Shown here one piece after another: positions 45,081 through 53,834 of a DNA stretch of 64,000 nucleotides (the stretch's first letter is position 1; every line of letters begins with the position of its first letter). This DNA comes from an uncultured Acidobacteriota bacterium. Its GTDB lineage: Bacteria > Acidobacteriota > Vicinamibacteria > Vicinamibacterales > UBA823. Position numbers and translations under genes: made by a program. The stretch covers positions 161-64,160 of the forward strand of contig CAJXDY010000008.1 of assembly GCA_913052135.1 (NCBI GenBank), read 5' to 3'. Under the pieces are notes generated by a model. It was not told the DNA's origin and searched no databases. It worked only from the letters and a program-made list of their open reading frames with translations.

Positions 45081-46091
45081 ATGCTAAAAGTCGATATCCA
45101 TACGCACATCCTCCCCGAGACTTGGCCCGATCTGAAAGAGCGCTACGGCTATGGTGGATTCGTGCAACTCGAACAGCATGGTTCCGGCTGCGGGCGCATG
45201 TCGATTGACGGTCGAGTGTTCCGAGAGGTCGGTAAGAACTGTTGGGATCCCAAAACACGTTTAACGGACTGTGACGACCACGGGGTCGATGTGCAGGTGC
45301 TCTCGACTGTTCCGGTGATGTTTAGTTACTGGGCCGAGCCCGAGGATGCGCATGACTTGTCACGACTACTGAATGATCATCTCGCGGGTGTCGTGGCGGA
45401 TCATCCTCGGCGGTTCGTCGGCTTGGGGACCGTGCCGATGCAGGACCCGACGCGGGCGGTCCAGGAACTTGAACGGTGCGTGAAGACGCTCGGCATGGCG
45501 GGCATTCAGATTGGCAGCCACGTCAACGGCCAAAACTTGGATGATGAACGAGTGTTTCCCGTTTTCGAAGCGGCTGAGGCGCTGGGGGCCGCAATCTTCG
45601 TACACCCTTGGGACATGCTAGGGGGTGATCGGATGTCAAAGTATTGGCTGTCTTGGCTCGTAGGTATGCCGTCCGAGACCGCGCTGGCGATCTGCGCGAT
45701 GATGTTTGGCGGCGTTTTCGATCGCCTACCACGGCTACGCGTCGCATTCGCTCACGGTGGCGGAGCGTTTCCTGGTACGGTGGGACGCATCGACCATGGA
45801 TTCAAGGTGCGTCCCGATCTCTGCGCGGTTAATGTCGAGATGAGTCCACGCGAGCAGTTACGCCGCTTTTATGTCGATGCGCTCGTGCATGATGCCGACG
45901 CGTTGCTGTCGCTGATCAAGCTATTCGGCTCGGATCGCGTGGCGCTCGGTACCGATTATCCATTCCCGTTGGGGGAACACGAGCCGGGTGCACTAATTGA
46001 ATCATTACCATTGGATACGGTGACGCGGCAGCAGCTACTCAGTGCCTCGGCCCTCGACTGGCTAAATCTCAATCCGAACCAATTTTCGTGA
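45081..46091 (+). CDS. 2-amino-3-carboxymuconate-6-semialdehyde decarboxylase (ACMSD, amidohydrolase_2 family)
   Basis: MLKVDIHTHILPETWPDL (HxH metal site), VHPWDM, FAHGGGAFP and LGTDYPFPLG are typical ACMSD blocks. GTG 45078 is an alternative start. Confidence 0.85.
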   Translation: MLKVDIHTHILPETWPDLKERYGYGGFVQLEQHGSGCGRMSIDGRVFREVGKNCWDPKTRLTDCDDHGVDVQVLSTVPVMFSYWAEPEDAHDLSRLLNDHLAGVVADHPRRFVGLGTVPMQDPTRAVQELERCVKTLGMAGIQIGSHVNGQNLDDERVFPVFEAAEALGAAIFVHPWDMLGGDRMSKYWLSWLVGMPSETALAICAMMFGGVFDRLPRLRVAFAHGGGAFPGTVGRIDHGFKVRPDLCAVNVEMSPREQLRRFYVDALVHDADALLSLIKLFGSDRVALGTDYPFPLGEHEPGALIESLPLDTVTRQQLLSASALDWLNLNPNQFS

Positions 46092-46104
46092 GGTTGCGAA
46101 CGAG

Positions 46105-47403
46105 ATGGAAAAGCAAGCGATGACGTTCGAGCGCGGTCTTGACTTTGTGAGAGCGCAGGACGCAGCGGACCCACTGGCATCGTTCCGCGATCGCTTTGCC
46201 ATCCCGAAGCAGCCTGACGGTAATGATCTTATCTACCTGTGTGGGAACTCCCTCGGCTTGCAACCAAAGGTAGCTGTCTCGCTTGTCCGCGAGGAACTGG
46301 ACGCGTGGGCCACACTGGCGGTTGGCGCGCACTTTGCGGCCGAACGACCATGGGTTTCCTATCCGGAACGTTTGGCGCCAGCTACTGCAACACTTGTTGG
46401 TGCCCACGCGGGCGAAGTGGTCGCCATGAATACGCTCACGGTTAATCTGCATTTTATGCTGGTGAGCTTCTATCGACCCACGTCGGGACGGCACAAGGTG
46501 CTGATCGAACGGCCAGCGTTTCCATCAGATCGGTACGCAGTCGAGTCACAAATCCGCTTCCATGGTTTCGATCCGACTGCTTCGTTGATCGAAATCGGCC
46601 CACGTCCTGGCGAATCGACCATCCGGATGGAAGATCTCGAGGCGTGTCTCCGCGCTGAGGGTTCGACGATCGCACTCGTGTTGCTGCCTGGAGTGAATTA
46701 CTACACTGGTCAGGTGTTCGACATGGCGGCGGTGACCCGTCTCGGGGAAGCGCAGGGCTGCGTTGTTGGATTCGATCTGGCGCACGCCGTGGGCAACATT
46801 CCGCTTCGGTTGCACGACTGGAACGCAGATTTCGCGGTATGGTGTACTTACAAATATCTAAACGGTGGACCGGGTGCTGTTGCTGGCTGCTTCGTGCACG
46901 AACGCCATCGCGATTGGGCCGGCAAGCCGAGGTTGGCAGGCTGGTGGGGGCATGATCCGGCCTCACGGTTCCAGATGGGGCCAGACTTCATTCCAAGTCC
47001 TGGCGCGGAAGGCTGGCAGGTGAGTAATGCGCCGATCCTCTCACTGGCGCCAGTGTTGGCCTCGCTGGATATCTTTGAGGAAGCCGGCATGCGGGCGCTC
47101 ACTGCCAAGTCAGACCGTCTGACGTCGTACCTCGCGTTCTTAGTACACGAGGAACTCGGTGCCTACGTCGAAATTCTGACCCCGTTGGAGTCCGGGCAGC
47201 GAGGCTGCCAGCTCTCGCTGCGTGTTCGGGGCACCCGGGAGGATCAGCGTCAGGTCTTCGAGGCCCTCGAGACGCACGGCGTCGTCTGTGACTGGCGTGA
47301 GCCGGATGTGATTCGGGTGGCTCCGGTGCCCCTGTACAATCGTTTCGAGGATGTCTTCGAATTCGTAAGCGTGTTACAACAGACGCTGGTGGCGGACGGC
47401 TAG
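46105..47403 (+). CDS. kynU: Kynureninase
   Basis: 432-aa ORF with IYLCGNSLGLQPK, GFDLAHAVGN and the PLP-lysine block WCTYKYLNGGPGAVAG. Confidence 0.9.
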   Translation: MEKQAMTFERGLDFVRAQDAADPLASFRDRFAIPKQPDGNDLIYLCGNSLGLQPKVAVSLVREELDAWATLAVGAHFAAERPWVSYPERLAPATATLVGAHAGEVVAMNTLTVNLHFMLVSFYRPTSGRHKVLIERPAFPSDRYAVESQIRFHGFDPTASLIEIGPRPGESTIRMEDLEACLRAEGSTIALVLLPGVNYYTGQVFDMAAVTRLGEAQGCVVGFDLAHAVGNIPLRLHDWNADFAVWCTYKYLNGGPGAVAGCFVHERHRDWAGKPRLAGWWGHDPASRFQMGPDFIPSPGAEGWQVSNAPILSLAPVLASLDIFEEAGMRALTAKSDRLTSYLAFLVHEELGAYVEILTPLESGQRGCQLSLRVRGTREDQRQVFEALETHGVVCDWREPDVIRVAPVPLYNRFEDVFEFVSVLQQTLVADG

Positions 47404-47413
47404 AGGAGGGGAT

Positions 47414-49201
47414 ATGGGCATGAGATGGAGGCTCTGCGGTGTCGTCCTGATCGTGTTGGGAACCGCAGCAGCTTGTTCGCAGACTGGCGAGCAAATAGGG
47501 TCCGGAGGCCAGGCCGCGGTCACTGCAGTTACTGTTGATGAGTTCGTACTACGCGCGGATGCCGTCTGTGTCCCTAACATCCCACTGGCACCCGACCCGG
47601 CCAGTTACGGGATGGATGCGATCACCGGTGGCTTCCAGCACCCAGCGACGACGCCGCATCAACACGAGGCACAACCATTTGACGGTGAGCTCGAGATTTG
47701 GGATACGAACGAGTACATCGACAACATGACGATCGAGGCTTATTATCCGGATACCGTCGAACCGTTTCACACCTGGCAGAACATTGTCGACTTTGATGGA
47801 CGGCGCTATCTGTATCAGTACGTCCGCCGCGATATGAAAATCTTCGACATCACCGATCCGAAGGCCGTGACGCTGGTGCAGGAAAAGGGTCATCCGTGGG
47901 ATCTGAACGGGCCAGGCGACGAGAGGAATCCATTCGCACCTGGCGACATGTTCGGTGCGGCATCCATTCAGTGGAATGACGAACTCGACATGTATGTCAT
48001 GGTGCAGGCGTTCGAGGTGCAGCGGTTCGGTGTGATCGACGACAAGCGTGCGGACCCTGACGGGGTTGCCCGCCATCGCAACGCGGATCATTTGAAAGGC
48101 TTCAAGGTATACGCGATGCACGGTCCAATGCCGGAGGAGTGGGAGCTGTTGGCAGAGATGACAACCGACGTGGAGCATCCGGATGCGCCCATCGGTCAAC
48201 AACGGGGCTCTGGTGTGCGGGACATTCCGACCTATTTCGGCGGTCAGTACATGTTCGTCGCGGCCGCACCTGATGCGAGCTATGCCTTGACCGAATATCC
48301 CACGGATTTGTATTCCGCAGGGTACCAGGCGTGGGATATGTCTGACCCAGCACAGCCGACCTTTGTGGGACAGTTCACGGCGCCCGGTCAGCGCTTGGGC
48401 GACGAAGAGGCATACATGCAGAATCCTAGGTGCGGAAACCGCACCTCATGGTTTGGTGCGCGCATGTCGATCTTCATGCCGACACCGGTCGAAGACGGAG
48501 GTCGGTACGGCTACGGTGCGATGGGAGGGCTCGGCTTCTACGTGCTCGACATTTCCGATCCCGCGAACATTGAGGCGGTTGGACATTTGGACTTTCCGCC
48601 AAGTGTGGCGGGAACTGAAGGCGACAATATTGACGTGTCACAGGTCGAGCAGACGGGGATCGTGTATTACAGTGGCTATCCGCTCGCAGAGGACTGTTGG
48701 GAGCCCTACAAGGACATCTATATGATCGATGTCAACGATCCAACCAACCCGACGATTCGTGGCACGCTGCCGCGACCCGTCCCGCCTCATGACGCGCCGT
48801 TCACCGATTACTGCCAACGTCGAGGCAGCTTTGGCCCTAAGCGCTCGGGGTACTACACGCAGCCCGGAATCGGACGAGTTGGGATCGTGCCCTATGCGTT
48901 CTACAATGCCGGCGTGCAGATCTTCGATGTGAGTGGTCCATCTGATCCGACCATCGTGGCCTATTTTGTCCCTCGCTTCGACACCGAGCGCGTACCTGAC
49001 TACGCGCGTGGAAATCTCGCGCACGGTATTTACGTGGAGTATGACCGAAACCTTATTTGGCTCTTTGCAAATCATGGTATGTACGTGCTGTCGACACCTG
49101 TGCTTGGTGAACCGAGTTTCGAGGCGCCCGCCAAGCCATGGCCTCGCCGACAGCGAGCGTCCCACGAAGAGCCGAACATGTTGAGCAGCATCACGAACTA
49201 G
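47414..49201 (+). CDS. Lipoprotein with LVIVD-type beta-propeller repeats
   Basis: RBS GAGGAGGGG is present and the lipobox is LGTAAAC. There are at least five repeats of the LVIVD pattern: MKIFDITDPKAVTLV, YQAWDMSDPAQPTFVGQF, YVLDISDPANIEAVGHL, IYMIDVNDPTNPTIRGTL and VQIFDVSGPSDPTIVAYF. Confidence 0.6.
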   Translation: MGMRWRLCGVVLIVLGTAAACSQTGEQIGSGGQAAVTAVTVDEFVLRADAVCVPNIPLAPDPASYGMDAITGGFQHPATTPHQHEAQPFDGELEIWDTNEYIDNMTIEAYYPDTVEPFHTWQNIVDFDGRRYLYQYVRRDMKIFDITDPKAVTLVQEKGHPWDLNGPGDERNPFAPGDMFGAASIQWNDELDMYVMVQAFEVQRFGVIDDKRADPDGVARHRNADHLKGFKVYAMHGPMPEEWELLAEMTTDVEHPDAPIGQQRGSGVRDIPTYFGGQYMFVAAAPDASYALTEYPTDLYSAGYQAWDMSDPAQPTFVGQFTAPGQRLGDEEAYMQNPRCGNRTSWFGARMSIFMPTPVEDGGRYGYGAMGGLGFYVLDISDPANIEAVGHLDFPPSVAGTEGDNIDVSQVEQTGIVYYSGYPLAEDCWEPYKDIYMIDVNDPTNPTIRGTLPRPVPPHDAPFTDYCQRRGSFGPKRSGYYTQPGIGRVGIVPYAFYNAGVQIFDVSGPSDPTIVAYFVPRFDTERVPDYARGNLAHGIYVEYDRNLIWLFANHGMYVLSTPVLGEPSFEAPAKPWPRRQRASHEEPNMLSSITN

Positions 49202-49235
49202 CTGTAACCATGCCCATTCACTGGAGAGCACACTT

Positions 49236-50612
49236 ATGACGACGTCGCAAGAACGTGGGATGTGGGGTACACGGCTTGGGTTCATTATGGCGGCAGCTGG
49301 CTCCGCCGTTGGGCTCGGCAACATTTGGGGATTTCCCACGCGGGTAGGTCAAGGTGGCGGTGCTGTCTTCGTTCTCATTTACCTGTTCTGCATCGTGCTG
49401 ATCTGTGCGCCGATCTTGGTGGCCGAGTTCGTCCTCGGTCGCGGGTCGAGACAGTCACCCGTTGGTGCCTTCAAGTACTTTAGCTCGGGAACGCGTTGGT
49501 GGTGGGTCGGTGCACTCGGCGTCGTCACGAGCGTTGCTATCGTGGCGTTCTACTCGGTGATTGGAGGTTGGACCATCGGGTACGTCTGGTATGCAGCGAC
49601 TGGAGCACTCAGCAGCGGTGGTGAAGGGGCTGGAGATTTCTTTACCCGATTTACGAGCAATGGCTTTAAGAGTGTGTTTTGCACGTTTCTATTTCTTGGA
49701 CTGGCAGCGGCATCAAACATCGGTGGCGTGCGTACGGGGATAGAGCGTGTTGCGAAGACTCTAATGCCAGTCTTGCTGGTGCTGCTGGTCTTATTGGCTA
49801 TCCGCTCACTCACCTTGCCAGGAGCAGCTGAGGGGTTGGCGTACTACATGCGTCCCGATTTGAGTCAAGCCTTGAATATGTCGGTGTTTGGGGCTGCCCT
49901 CGGGCAGGCGTTCTTTTCACTGAGTCTCGGTAATGGGGCCATGCTCACCTACGGCAGTTACCTGCGCCGGTCAGAAGGCATCGGTCGGGTGGTGCTGTGG
50001 GTGGTCCTGCTTGACACCTTCATTGCGTTGCTGGCAGGTCTCATCATCTTTCCCGCAGGGTTCTCGATAGCAGGATTCGATCCCGCCAGCACCGGCCCGG
50101 GATTGATCTTCGCGGTTCTGCCGGAACTGTTCGCCACGATGGTCGGCGGCCGCCTTTTCGCCGGCACGTTTTTTGTCCTGCTCGTCATAGCGGCCCTGAC
50201 TTCGGCCATCTCGCTCTTGGAGGTCCCAGTTGCCCATGTGATTGATCGCCGGCAGTGGTCCAGGCCGAAAGCGGTGCTCGTCGTGAGTGGTTCGGCGTTT
50301 CTTTTGTCGATTCCATGCGCGTTGGGCTTTGGCGCGGTCGGGTCTCTAACCGATTTCGTGCCGGCACAGTGGGGTGGGAATTTCCTGGGCTTGGTTGCGA
50401 CACTCTGCAATAACTTCTCACTTCCGATCGGCGGCATGCTGATTGCCATCTTCGTCGGCTATGTCTGGCGAGTGGATCGCGCAGTCGCCGAGTTACTCGC
50501 CGAGCATGCGTGGTTCCCGGCTCCGAGACTCTGGGGTTTGTTGATTCGCTACGTCTCCCCAGTGGGCATTTCTATCATTCTCGTCATCAGTATCGTGGCG
50601 GTGATCATGTGA
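49236..50612 (+). CDS. Neurotransmitter:sodium symporter (NSS/SNF) family transporter
   Basis: 458-aa polytopic ORF with WGTRLGFIMAAAGSAVGLGNIWGFP (the TM1 signature of NSS) and about 11-12 hydrophobic helices. Confidence 0.9.
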   Translation: MTTSQERGMWGTRLGFIMAAAGSAVGLGNIWGFPTRVGQGGGAVFVLIYLFCIVLICAPILVAEFVLGRGSRQSPVGAFKYFSSGTRWWWVGALGVVTSVAIVAFYSVIGGWTIGYVWYAATGALSSGGEGAGDFFTRFTSNGFKSVFCTFLFLGLAAASNIGGVRTGIERVAKTLMPVLLVLLVLLAIRSLTLPGAAEGLAYYMRPDLSQALNMSVFGAALGQAFFSLSLGNGAMLTYGSYLRRSEGIGRVVLWVVLLDTFIALLAGLIIFPAGFSIAGFDPASTGPGLIFAVLPELFATMVGGRLFAGTFFVLLVIAALTSAISLLEVPVAHVIDRRQWSRPKAVLVVSGSAFLLSIPCALGFGAVGSLTDFVPAQWGGNFLGLVATLCNNFSLPIGGMLIAIFVGYVWRVDRAVAELLAEHAWFPAPRLWGLLIRYVSPVGISIILVISIVAVIM

Positions 50613-50740
50613 GCGACCACGAGACAAGACAACTTACATCCGTGTCGTCATTGCAGTGCTAGAATCAGCACCTCGTTCCCACTGAATGAAGGATGTGCAA
50701 TTTAGGCATTCTTACGCGCAGAAAGACAAGGGGTTTCATC

Positions 50741-53700
50741 ATGAGTCGACAAGTCGTTACTATCGTCGCTTGCCTCGCAGTCCTGTCCACGATTCCAGGG
50801 CGGGTGCAGCCGGCTAGTGCTCAGTCCGCAGAGGGCTTCATTAATCAACTCGAGTGGCGGAATATCGGCCCTGCGAACATGGGTGGCCGTATCAATGATT
50901 TCGCTGTGGTCGAGTCGAATCCCAACATTGTGTTCATCGCGACCGCTTCCGCTGGCGTGTGGCGCACCACGAACAACGGTGTGACGTGGGAACCAGTGTT
51001 CGACGATCAACCGGTGAGTAGCATCGGCGATATTGCAGTCGCACCCTCTGATCCATCCATCGTGTGGGTCGGCAGCGGGGAATCGAATAATCGTCAGAGT
51101 TCCTCTTGGGGCAACGGGGTTTACAAGTCGACCGATGGTGGTGATAGCTGGACGCACGTTGGACTGGATGACACCTTGCACATCGGGCGCCTCCTGATCC
51201 ATCCGACCGACCCCGAAGTGGTCTATGTTGCTGCAACGGGTCATCTTTGGGGTCCCAATCCTGAGCGTGGCGTGTACAAGACCAATGACGGTGGACTGAC
51301 TTGGACGAACACGTTGTTCATTGATGAGGACACCGGGATTACTGATTTGGCAATGGACCCGGTCAGTCCCGGTACGCTTTACGCGGCAGCGTACCAGCGG
51401 CGCCGGACAGCCTTCGGCTTCAACGGAGGCGGACTGGGGAGTGGGATTTATAAGACCACTGACGGTGGCTCGACCTGGCTACGGTTGACGAACGATTTGC
51501 CTGAGGGTGTCACCGGTCGTATTGGTCTCGACATTTACCGGGCTGATCCCCGCATTGTCTATGCCATCGTTCAGCACACCGACGGTGGTGTCTTTCGTTC
51601 GGAGGATCGTGGGCAGTCATGGACGCGCATGAGTGACACGAATCCGCGTCCGATGTACTACAGCCAGATTCGGATTGATCCATCGAACGACCAGCGGATC
51701 TGGGCCGCCGGCGCCCGGATGGCGTACTCGCAGGATGGAGGGAAGACGTTCGTCAATGATTGGATTCAAACGATACACGGCGACTTTCATGCGCTCTGGA
51801 TCAACCCCGCTGATTCCGATCACATGATGACCGGTTCTGATGGTGGCATGCATTACTCCTATGACCGAGGACGTACATGGGATTTTGTGAACACGATGGC
51901 GCTCGGTCAGTTTTATGAGATTGGGTACGACATGGAGATGCCGTACAACGTCTACGGTGGGTTACAGGACAATGGGAGTTGGGGTGGCCCAGTCCGAACG
52001 CTCTATCAGCGCGGTATTACGAACGAAGACTGGTTTCGAGTCGGTGGTGGTGATGGGTTCTACACACAGGTTGATCCGAATGACACGGCGACGCTTTACG
52101 TCGAATCCCAGAACGGAAACGTCTCGCGTCTCAATTTGGAAACGACCGAGCGAAAAGCGATTCGTCCGGAGCCGGACGACGAGAGTGAACGCTATCGCTT
52201 TGACTGGAACAGTCCCATTCTGATTTCGCCGCACAACTCACAAACGATTTATTACGGTGGCAACCGACTTTTCAAATCGACTGATCGCGGCGACACGTGG
52301 AGTCGAACTGAGGATCTAACCAAGAGTCAGGATCGGGACGAGATGCCCATTATGGGCGTGGAGGTGACAGACGAGACACTGTCACGTCATGATGGGATTT
52401 CCTCCTTCGGTCAGATCATTTCTGTTAGTGAGTCGCCGCGTCTCGAAGGCTTGCTCTACGTGGGTATGGATGATGGCAATTTACAGGTATCGCAGGATGG
52501 AGCTGCGAGTTGGCAGGAAGTGTCTGGAGTGATTCCGGATTTGCCTGAGGGCACGTATGTCAGCCGGGTGCAAGCCTCCTCTCATGCCGATGCTCGCGTG
52601 TACGCCACGATGGATGGTCACCGCAATGATGACTACAGTGTGTACGTTTACGCCAGTGAAGATTATGGGGACAGTTGGGAATCCATCGCGTCGAACCTGC
52701 CCGACGGTCACACGATGAACGTGATCCGCGAGCATCCTCGAAACGAAAACTTATTGGTGCTTGGCGGGGAATTCGGTGCTTACATTACGATTAATCGAGG
52801 TGAAGAGTGGCATCAGATTAAGGGCGCGGTGCCGACGGTGCCGGTCGACGACATCGCGATTCATCCGCGGGACAACGACCTCATTCTTGGAACGCATGGC
52901 CGGAGTATCTGGGTGCTTGACGATATGACTCCACTCGAGGAGTTGAGCGAACAGGTACTCGCGTCAGAGCTGCACAGTTTCGACGTTCGGGACGCGGTCG
53001 CTTATCGCCTGTCCAACCATAAGGGCAACACCGGCCACAAGATGTTCATTGCGCCAAATCCACCCGAGGGTGCGCTCATTCATTACTATTTGAATGACGA
53101 CATCACCGATGAAGATGCCGTGGAAATTACGATTCACGGTGAGGCGGATGAAACCATTCGCACGCTGCACGGGTCGGGCGCGGCGGGTCTCAACCGCGTG
53201 AACTGGGATCTGCGGCACGAGCCGCCCTTGCCGCCGACAGGGCAGGGCGGGTTTGGTGGTCCGCCAGCAGGGCCACGGGCGCTGCCTGGAACCTACAGTG
53301 TGCGGATTACGGCTGGAGATTCTCAGAGCACCACGACGGTGACCGTCTTTGACGATCCCCGGATCAATGTACCGCAAGCCGATCGTCGGGCACAACGGGA
53401 TGCTCTCCTCGGACTTGGTGGTTTGATGGCACGCCTCGATGGAGCACACCAAACAGCGGAGCGTTTCACAGGGCAGCTGGAATTACTTGCCGAGTCGCTG
53501 GAGACTGGTGAGGTTCCCGCAGCAGTTTCGTCTATGGTCGTGTCAGTAAGTGATCAGATGGACGCGTTGGAAGGAAAGCTCGCGCGCGGTGGTGGGTTTG
53601 GCGGTGCTAGCCCGCGCCCACTGTCTTCTCGTATAACTCGACTTTACCGGAACCTGGAGAGTTATACCGAGAGACCAAATGCGTTCCAGGTCACACGGAT

Positions 53701-53821
53701 CGAGGCATATACGCAGGAGTTTAATGGGTTACTGGAGGAGTTGGATCAGTTCATTGCGAACGAGATCGCCACTTTGAACAGCACGATAGAACAACACGGC
53801 ATACAACGCATCACTCACTGA
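50741..53821 (+). CDS. Secreted sortilin/VPS10-like protein with multiple BNR/Asp-box beta-propeller repeats
   Basis: ATG 50741 starts the signal peptide MSRQVVTIVACLAVLSTIPG. There are about ten Asp-box motifs (SxDxGxTW), for example KSTDGGDSW, KTNDGGLTW, KTTDGGSTW, RSEDRGQSW, YSYDRGRTW, KSTDRGDTW and ASEDYGDSW. Confidence 0.75.
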   Translation: MSRQVVTIVACLAVLSTIPGRVQPASAQSAEGFINQLEWRNIGPANMGGRINDFAVVESNPNIVFIATASAGVWRTTNNGVTWEPVFDDQPVSSIGDIAVAPSDPSIVWVGSGESNNRQSSSWGNGVYKSTDGGDSWTHVGLDDTLHIGRLLIHPTDPEVVYVAATGHLWGPNPERGVYKTNDGGLTWTNTLFIDEDTGITDLAMDPVSPGTLYAAAYQRRRTAFGFNGGGLGSGIYKTTDGGSTWLRLTNDLPEGVTGRIGLDIYRADPRIVYAIVQHTDGGVFRSEDRGQSWTRMSDTNPRPMYYSQIRIDPSNDQRIWAAGARMAYSQDGGKTFVNDWIQTIHGDFHALWINPADSDHMMTGSDGGMHYSYDRGRTWDFVNTMALGQFYEIGYDMEMPYNVYGGLQDNGSWGGPVRTLYQRGITNEDWFRVGGGDGFYTQVDPNDTATLYVESQNGNVSRLNLETTERKAIRPEPDDESERYRFDWNSPILISPHNSQTIYYGGNRLFKSTDRGDTWSRTEDLTKSQDRDEMPIMGVEVTDETLSRHDGISSFGQIISVSESPRLEGLLYVGMDDGNLQVSQDGAASWQEVSGVIPDLPEGTYVSRVQASSHADARVYATMDGHRNDDYSVYVYASEDYGDSWESIASNLPDGHTMNVIREHPRNENLLVLGGEFGAYITINRGEEWHQIKGAVPTVPVDDIAIHPRDNDLILGTHGRSIWVLDDMTPLEELSEQVLASELHSFDVRDAVAYRLSNHKGNTGHKMFIAPNPPEGALIHYYLNDDITDEDAVEITIHGEADETIRTLHGSGAAGLNRVNWDLRHEPPLPPTGQGGFGGPPAGPRALPGTYSVRITAGDSQSTTTVTVFDDPRINVPQADRRAQRDALLGLGGLMARLDGAHQTAERFTGQLELLAESLETGEVPAAVSSMVVSVSDQMDALEGKLARGGGFGGASPRPLSSRITRLYRNLESYTERPNAFQVTRIEAYTQEFNGLLEELDQFIANEIATLNSTIEQHGIQRITH

Positions 53822-53834
53822 GAGGAGGAGACGC

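Noticed and set aside
44479-45258. 259-aa minus-strand ORF antisense to the 3-HAO/ACMSD genes
   Set aside because: It lies fully within two strongly recognisable plus-strand genes. Its Arg/Leu/Ser-rich composition is typical of antisense frames in GC-rich DNA, and it has no motif or RBS.
47549-49339. 217-aa and 233-aa minus-strand ORFs antisense to the LVIVD gene
   Set aside because: They are shadow ORFs. The plus-strand frame carries the repeated LVIVD motifs and a strong RBS.
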